Shown here in pieces: positions 26,014 through 31,431 of a stretch of DNA of 31,431 bases (within the stretch, counting starts at the first letter, position 1; the number at the start of each line of letters is the position of its first letter). The notes beneath the pieces were generated by a model. That model saw nothing but the letters and a program-made list of their open reading frames with translations. It searched no databases and had not been told where the DNA came from. Position numbers and translations under genes: made by a program. The DNA is from Minisyncoccota bacterium (lineage in GTDB: Bacteria > Patescibacteriota > Minisyncoccia > UBA6257 > XYB1-36-10). The stretch lies in NCBI GenBank assembly GCA_028709185.1, contig JAQVXM010000001.1, positions 1 to 31,431 on the forward strand, read 5' to 3'.

Positions 26014-29000
26014 ATGAGTAAAAAATTGGTTTCTATAGCGCTTTCTTTAACTACTGTAGTTTGGCTTTCTGGAGCAGCAATGGCAGTTCCAGTAGCACAA
26101 GCTCAATCTACGACTGATTTGCAGTCACAGATTGCGGCTTTGCTTGCTCAAATACAACAGTTACAAGCGCAGTTAAATGCGGCAGGAGGTTCAACAACTA
26201 CGGGAACTTCAGTTGCATGCTCTTTCACCCGCTCCCTCACAGTGGGTTCGACAGGAGCTGATGTGAAGTGCTTGCAGCAATACCTTAATGCCAGCGGATT
26301 TACAATTGCCACGACCGGAGCCGGTTCGCCTGGAAATGAATCAACATATTTTGGTTCATTAACAAAAGCGGCGGTTGCTAAATGGCAAGCGGCAAAAGGA
26401 GTTTCTCCAGCAGTGGGATACTTCGGTACAATTTCAAGAGCCAAATATACTGAAATTGCTTCAACAACCACAACAACCGGAACAACAACTACAACAACCG
26501 GAACAACAACCACAACAACTACATCCGTAGGTTCAGGTTTAACAGTAAGTTTGGCATCGACTCAGCCAACAGCGGGTCTTTTCGGAGAAAATTTTGCCAG
26601 CAGACCTTTCACTAACTTAACCTTCAGAGCTTCAAGCGATGGAGATGTTACAGTTGATGAAGTGACTGTTGAAAGAACCGGACAAGGTGCTGATCAGGCT
26701 TTTTCCGGAACAGTTCTCTTAGATGAAAATGGAGTCAGAATCGGAGATGCAAAAACCTTTGGTTCGACACATAGAGCTCGCTTGACTGAAAATTTTGTGA
26801 TTAAAGCCGGACAATCAAGAACAATAACATTGGCCGGAGATTCTGATAGTGATCAGAATGATTACAATGGACAGCTTGTATCCCTCTCTCTTGTTGAAGT
26901 CAAAACAGTTGGTTCAACAACAGTGACGGCCAGCTATCCTATGACTGGAACAGTTCACACAGTTAACAGCACGCTTTCTATCGGAACAGCGACTTTAACT
27001 CGCGGACCATCTGATCCAGGATCAGGACAGACAAAGGAAGTGGGAACAACAGGATATTTGTTCTCAGCTCTTAAAGTGACTGCCGGATCACAAGAAGATA
27101 TAACAATGAAATCCGTGCAATTTAATCAATCCGGTTCAGCGGCAGAAACTGATCTTGAAAACGTAAAAATTTACGTTGATGGAACAGCTTATAATGCGAC
27201 TGTAACAGGAGATTATTACCAAGCTTCTCTTGGAAATGGAATTGTTATAACAAAAGGAAATTCAAAGGAAATATTAGTAAGAGGTGATATCGTCGGAGGT
27301 TCGGCAAGAACGATTGACTTCGATCTTTACCGCTACGCCGATGTTCAGCTTACTGGTAATACTTATGGTTACGGAATTCTTCCTTCAGCTTCAGAAGTAG
27401 CAGCTAGCGCTGATGATGGAAAATTCCACGCAGCTCAGCCAAATTTCGATGCTTTCGAGGTGACAGTTTCAGCTGGAACTTTGACAGTGTCTAAGGCTTC
27501 TTCAGTACAAGCTCAGAATATCGCCATTAATTTGTCCGATCAGCCTCTTGGAGGATTTGAAATCGATGTAAAAGGAGAGGATGTGTCGGTTGCTTCAATG
27601 ATATTCGGTCTTGATATAGCTGTTGATGGATCACCAGATGCAAGCAATATTACATCTATAACTTTGGTTGATGCTAATGGAAATGTAGTTGCGGGACCAG
27701 ATGACGGAGTTTCAACAGGAAAAGTAACTTTCTCAGATACAGTAACTTTCCCAGTTGGAAAACATATTTACACTTTAAAGGGAAAGATCGGAACTAGCTT
27801 CTCTAACGACCAGACAGTTTCGGCTTCGACTACTCCTTCGGGATGGTCAACAGTTAAAGGTGTAACAACCGGACAAACGATTTCCCCAACTCCTTCATCG
27901 GCAGTTGCGGCAAGTACGATGACAATAAAGGGAGCAGCGCTTTCTATTTCAACTTCAGCGACACCAGTTGCTCAATCAGTGGTTCGTGGCGTAACTGGTT
28001 TTACATTCGCTAAATTTGTTTTAGATGCGACTGGTTCCGGAGAAGATATTCGGGTAAATTCAATGTATCCGGAATTATCAACTCTTGGTACAGCTAATAC
28101 AGCTGATGACCTGACAAATTGTCAGATGTGGGATGGATCAACATCTCTTAATACAGGAACAAATATCGCTAATCCGACCAATAATAATGCGGCTGGAGAC
28201 GATATAACGGTTCTTTTTGACACAGGTCTTACAATTAGCAAAGGAACAACAAAGACTTTGGATTGGAAATGCGATATCGCGGCTAATGGAACTGGAACAA
28301 CTTACGCTTTCGGATTGGAAAATACAGCCGGAAGAGTGGTTTCAACCGGATTTACTTCAGGCCAAGATGTTACTGAAAATATTACCGATTCAAATGGTCA
28401 GATAATGACAATGGCGGGAGCAGGAGCATTAACAATCGCTCTTGATTCTTCAAGTCCTTCTTTGAAACTTGTTAATGCTAATACAACCAATAACATTATT
28501 TCGGCTTTGAAATTGACATCTTCTAATGAAGATATCAGTGTTTCGCAAATTTCTTTGCAGTTGACCAATACAGCTTCAAATACACCTCAGGACTTAGTAA
28601 AGGTGACTGGATGGTTGACGGGAGGAACGAGCGCAGTAGGAGAAGCGATCTTTGTCGGCGATTATGCCACAATGACTTTGACTGGAGTGACGATTCCTAA
28701 AAACAGCGATTTAGTCTTAACTCTTAAGGCAGATATCGCTCAGATGGGAACTGATCAGCCGGCCAGACCGGGACACACTGTAAAAGTTGACTTTGATACC
28801 GATGATAAAACCGGATCAAACAGCAATACAAAGGGTGTCGGATCATCTTCTGGAACAACAGTTTATGCTTCAGGAGCAGACACAGCTTCAAATGGAGTCA
28901 AGATCTATAAAGCAGTTCCGACTCTTGCTAAAGTTGATTTGTCATCCTCGGAGAGAACGCTTGTAGCCGGAACGAGAACACTTTATAAGTTCTCAGTTTC

Positions 29001-29592
29001 AGCTCCGTCAACCGGAGGAGTAGGACTTTACAAGTTCACTTTTGACACAGCGTCACAAGGAGGAGACTCAGCTATCTCTTACAGAACAACATCTTTCAAG
29101 GTTTACGGATATTCCGATTCTTCGTTTAGTCAGACAGCTTTCAACACCAGTGGACTGTTAAATAATGACGGTTTAGCGGTGTCTGGAGCGGCCTCAACCG
29201 GAGAATTTGAAGTTCGTTTCAATCCAGTAGCGGAAACTGGTTCAACGGCGGAAGCTATTCAGGTTCCAGCCGGACAGACCCGTTACTTCAAACTGGTTGG
29301 AGACGTAACCGGAAAGACTGCAACAACAACATTGAGTGTTAATCTCTTAGGGGATACCTACGCGATTAATTCGGCAATGACAGCTGGAGATGATAACTTT
29401 ACCGGAGCTAGCGCTGGAGCTTATGCTTTTGCGACAACAGCAACGATAATTCACTCGTCCGAATACAATAACTTTATTTGGTCAGATAACGCGACAACCA
29501 CTTCTGGTGTTTCAACTTATGACTGGTCAAATGGTTATTCAGTATCAGGATTACCATCAGCTGGTATGGATTCTGAAACTTTAACTCCGTAA
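26014..29592 (+). CDS. Large secreted peptidoglycan-binding surface (S-layer-like) protein, 1192 aa, with about six ~160-aa beta-rich repeats
   Basis: Signal peptide (AQA|), short coiled coil, PG-binding_1-type domain (FTRSLTVGSTGADVKCLQQYLN...YFGSLTKAAVAKWQ...GYFGTISR), Thr-rich linker and Ser/Thr/Gly/Asp-rich repeats. It uses many C-ending codons, unlike its neighbours. Confidence 0.85.
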   Translation: MSKKLVSIALSLTTVVWLSGAAMAVPVAQAQSTTDLQSQIAALLAQIQQLQAQLNAAGGSTTTGTSVACSFTRSLTVGSTGADVKCLQQYLNASGFTIATTGAGSPGNESTYFGSLTKAAVAKWQAAKGVSPAVGYFGTISRAKYTEIASTTTTTGTTTTTTGTTTTTTTSVGSGLTVSLASTQPTAGLFGENFASRPFTNLTFRASSDGDVTVDEVTVERTGQGADQAFSGTVLLDENGVRIGDAKTFGSTHRARLTENFVIKAGQSRTITLAGDSDSDQNDYNGQLVSLSLVEVKTVGSTTVTASYPMTGTVHTVNSTLSIGTATLTRGPSDPGSGQTKEVGTTGYLFSALKVTAGSQEDITMKSVQFNQSGSAAETDLENVKIYVDGTAYNATVTGDYYQASLGNGIVITKGNSKEILVRGDIVGGSARTIDFDLYRYADVQLTGNTYGYGILPSASEVAASADDGKFHAAQPNFDAFEVTVSAGTLTVSKASSVQAQNIAINLSDQPLGGFEIDVKGEDVSVASMIFGLDIAVDGSPDASNITSITLVDANGNVVAGPDDGVSTGKVTFSDTVTFPVGKHIYTLKGKIGTSFSNDQTVSASTTPSGWSTVKGVTTGQTISPTPSSAVAASTMTIKGAALSISTSATPVAQSVVRGVTGFTFAKFVLDATGSGEDIRVNSMYPELSTLGTANTADDLTNCQMWDGSTSLNTGTNIANPTNNNAAGDDITVLFDTGLTISKGTTKTLDWKCDIAANGTGTTYAFGLENTAGRVVSTGFTSGQDVTENITDSNGQIMTMAGAGALTIALDSSSPSLKLVNANTTNNIISALKLTSSNEDISVSQISLQLTNTASNTPQDLVKVTGWLTGGTSAVGEAIFVGDYATMTLTGVTIPKNSDLVLTLKADIAQMGTDQPARPGHTVKVDFDTDDKTGSNSNTKGVGSSSGTTVYASGADTASNGVKIYKAVPTLAKVDLSSSERTLVAGTRTLYKFSVSAPSTGGVGLYKFTFDTASQGGDSAISYRTTSFKVYGYSDSSFSQTAFNTSGLLNNDGLAVSGAASTGEFEVRFNPVAETGSTAEAIQVPAGQTRYFKLVGDVTGKTATTTLSVNLLGDTYAINSAMTAGDDNFTGASAGAYAFATTATIIHSSEYNNFIWSDNATTTSGVSTYDWSNGYSVSGLPSAGMDSETLTP
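26470..26511 (+). repeat. Two tandem 21-bp copies encoding the Thr-rich linker (TTTGTTT)
   Basis: ACAACAACCGGAACAACAACT followed by ACAACAACCGGAACAACAACC. The repeat is in frame. Confidence 0.9.
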
Positions 29593-29636
29593 TTTGAGTT
29601 AAAAAGAAATATCTTTTAGTTAAAGATCTAAAAGAG

Positions 29637-29670
29637 AAACAACCCCGACTGAAAAGTCGGGGTTGTTTTT
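29637..29670 (+). terminator. Strong intrinsic terminator
   Basis: AAACAACCCCGACT-GAAA-AGTCGGGGTTGTTT, a 14-bp perfect stem with a GNRA loop running into a T-tract. Confidence 0.92.
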
Positions 29671-29698
29671 ATAATCAGTTTCTGATAAGTTTCTTATT

Positions 29699-30484
29699 AT
29701 GAAAAAGACATTAATAATTTTTTTAATTGTGATTTTGGCTGTTTTTATCTATTTAGGAGGAAAGTTTTTAAATAGCAATAAAGTTCAAGAAAATAATAAT
29801 TTTTCAGAATTAGAGGAAATTTTAAACGCGACTTCGACAGCGCCTCAAGCGGAGATAAAAGAAATAAAAGAAGATTTTGAAAATACTTTTACTCCATATA
29901 GAGGACAGGACTTAAGTGAGATAGGAAACGATGCTTTTATTGAAAAAGTTCCGGAGAAAATATTAAATGATTCAAAAGCGGAGCTTGCAAGATTAAAAAG
30001 CAGTTTAGAAAAAAATCCGGAAAATGTCGATGAATGGATAAAAGTAGGAATGATAAAGAAATTTTATAACAACTATATCGGAGCAAGAGATGCATGGGAA
30101 TACGCAAAGTATCTAAATGACACAAATTCTTCGGTCTACTACAATTTAGGAAATCTTTACGGAATGTATCTGAAAAATAATGTAGAAGGAGAAGAAAATT
30201 TCAAAAGAGCATTAGAATTGGAAAAAGGAGAAACAAGTTTTTATATAAACTTTGCTGATTTTTATAGAAATTTTTATATAGAAAAAAAAGCGGAAGCGGA
30301 AGCGGTTATTCAAGAAGGATTGAAAAATATGCCAAACGACGGGAGTCTGCTTGTTTATGCCGGCGGATATTATGAAGAATTAGGAGATAAAGAAAAAGCT
30401 CTTTTATATTATAAAAAAGCTTTAGATTTAGATCCGGATAATCAAGAGTTAAAGAATGAGATAGAAAAATTATCCGTAAATTAG
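29699..30484 (+). CDS. Membrane-anchored tetratricopeptide repeat protein
   Basis: N-terminal anchor and TPR-like helices (YYNLGNLY...GEENFKRALELE; YAGGYYEELGDKEKALLYYKKALDLDPDN). Confidence 0.88.
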   Translation: MKKTLIIFLIVILAVFIYLGGKFLNSNKVQENNNFSELEEILNATSTAPQAEIKEIKEDFENTFTPYRGQDLSEIGNDAFIEKVPEKILNDSKAELARLKSSLEKNPENVDEWIKVGMIKKFYNNYIGARDAWEYAKYLNDTNSSVYYNLGNLYGMYLKNNVEGEENFKRALELEKGETSFYINFADFYRNFYIEKKAEAEAVIQEGLKNMPNDGSLLVYAGGYYEELGDKEKALLYYKKALDLDPDNQELKNEIEKLSVN

Positions 30485-30601
30485 CGCAGAGATTTTTTAA
30501 AAGGGAAGGGAGCCGGGAGCAACAATTTGTTTTTAAATTTTTCACTGATTTTTTTGAGTTGAAATTGAAATAAAAAGGCTTGACAAAAGGTATTAAATTA
30601 A

Positions 30602-31431
30602 ATGGAAAGAAAGAAAAAAATAGTTTTTATTGCAACGAAAGGAGATCAAGGGGGAGCGCAAAAATACATTAAACAATTAGTTTTTGGAATAGACAAAAAT
30701 AAGTTTGAGCCGGAAATTATTTCCGGAAATTATGGCGCTAGTTTAGTGGTAAAAAATAAATTAAAATGGCTTGGAAACGAATCCGGTTTTTTGTTTTATA
30801 AAGATTTTTTAGCTTTAATTGAACTTTTTAGAGTTTTAAAAAAAGAGAAACCGGAAATTGTTCATTTAAATAGTTCAAAAGCGGGGGTAATCGGAGCTTT
30901 AGCTGGAAAGCTGGCTGGAGTGAAAAAGATAATTTTTACGGCTCACGGATGGGTTTTTTCAGATGAAAATTTGTCTTCTTTAAAAAGATTTTTTTATATT
31001 TTAGCGCATAAGGCGGCTGGATTTTTTCAGGATAAAATAATAAATGTTTCCGAATATGACAGAAAATTAGCTATTAAATATAAAGTAGCGCCGGAGGAAA
31101 AACTAGTGACGATAAAAAACGGATTAGATATAAATTATTTTTTTAATAATTTATGTTCCAAAGAAGAGGCAAGAAAGAAGATAACAGATATAATTTTTAA
31201 TGACGAATTTCTAATTTCTAAAATTAATAAGCAACAAAAAGATTTAGGAGGATTTTGGATAGGAAGTATTGGAAGACTGGTAAAGGAAAAAAATTATCAA
31301 TTATTTGTGGAAGCGGTAAAAATTTTAAAAGAAAATTTTCAAAAAGAAGAGGAAAAACTGAGTTTTTTTATAATTGGCGATGGATATGAAAAGGAAACTT
31401 TAAAGTTAAAAATGAAGAATTTAGAGCTGGA
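30602..31431 (+). CDS. Glycosyltransferase family 4 (GT-B fold), 3'-truncated by the window edge; absent from the ORF track because it has no stop codon
   Basis: My translation reads MERKKKIVFIATKGDQGGAQKY...PEIVHLNSSKAG...IFTAHGWVF...IGSIGRLVKEKNY...IIGDGYE. Confidence 0.9.
   Translation, partial: MERKKKIVFIATKGDQGGAQKYIKQLVFGIDKNKFEPEIISGNYGASLVVKNKLKWLGNESGFLFYKDFLALIELFRVLKKEKPEIVHLNSSKAGVIGALAGKLAGVKKIIFTAHGWVFSDENLSSLKRFFYILAHKAAGFFQDKIINVSEYDRKLAIKYKVAPEEKLVTIKNGLDINYFFNNLCSKEEARKKITDIIFNDEFLISKINKQQKDLGGFWIGSIGRLVKEKNYQLFVEAVKILKENFQKEEEKLSFFIIGDGYEKETLKLKMKNLEL

Noticed and set aside
26461-26520. Tandem ACA-rich repeats as a CRISPR or VNTR system
   Set aside because: They are in-frame codon repeats of a Thr linker, with no spacers and no cas genes.
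1777-30545. The many 60-120-aa ORFs in the track that overlap confidently assigned genes (e.g. 1777..1998, 9902..10147, 12616..12870, 19871..20146, 26148..26513, 28217..28405, 30306..30545)
   Set aside because: They are antisense or alternate-frame shadows of real genes, with composition explained by the host gene's codon bias and no RBS or recognisable motifs.
1-31431. Alternative genetic code (UGA=Gly, as in Gracilibacteria/Absconditabacteria), tRNA/rRNA genes, CRISPR arrays, transposases
   Set aside because: Conserved proteins are full-length under code 11 and glyA ends at a TGA at the expected position. By-eye scanning found no T-loop/cloverleaf, rRNA, repeat-spacer or transposase signatures.

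Overview
AT-rich bacterial chromosomal window read with genetic code 11. The + strand is strongly purine/G-skewed and carries most genes. Gene content and style suggest a Patescibacteria (CPR, Parcubacteria-like) genome; this is an inference from the giant peptidoglycan-binding surface protein, the four-helix-bundle/DeoR-type HTH gene, the CCTGCCTGCC-type palindrome and the scarcity of Shine-Dalgarno sites. Housekeeping genes: glyA, folD, recA, rodZ-like, ftsK, a phosphohexomutase, an RNase H-like exonuclease, an HtrA protease, a class-V PLP cysteine desulfurase-like enzyme and a ClpB-type Hsp100. Envelope and stress genes: an SPFH protein, an ECF sigma with its membrane partner, a C39-like peptidase and an L,D-transpeptidase/D,D-carboxypeptidase fusion. 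The right end is a cell-surface locus: GT-C-like membrane protein, HTH regulator, 1192-aa repeat surface protein, TPR protein and a truncated GT4. I found no tRNA, rRNA, CRISPR array, transposase or integrase. The most notable observations are (1) a ClpB that has both the DnaK-binding M-domain Tyr and a ClpP-docking-type IGF loop; (2) a structured region with competing terminator/antiterminator pairings upstream of the surface protein; (3) a cluster of small paralogous proteins with conserved ends, variable cores and an identical RBS; (4) an STT3/AglB-like candidate near the surface protein; and (5) an array of a TTCGGAAA motif inside the HTH gene that recurs as an inverted repeat downstream. 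All calls come from motif recognition by eye; no searches or folding programs were run.
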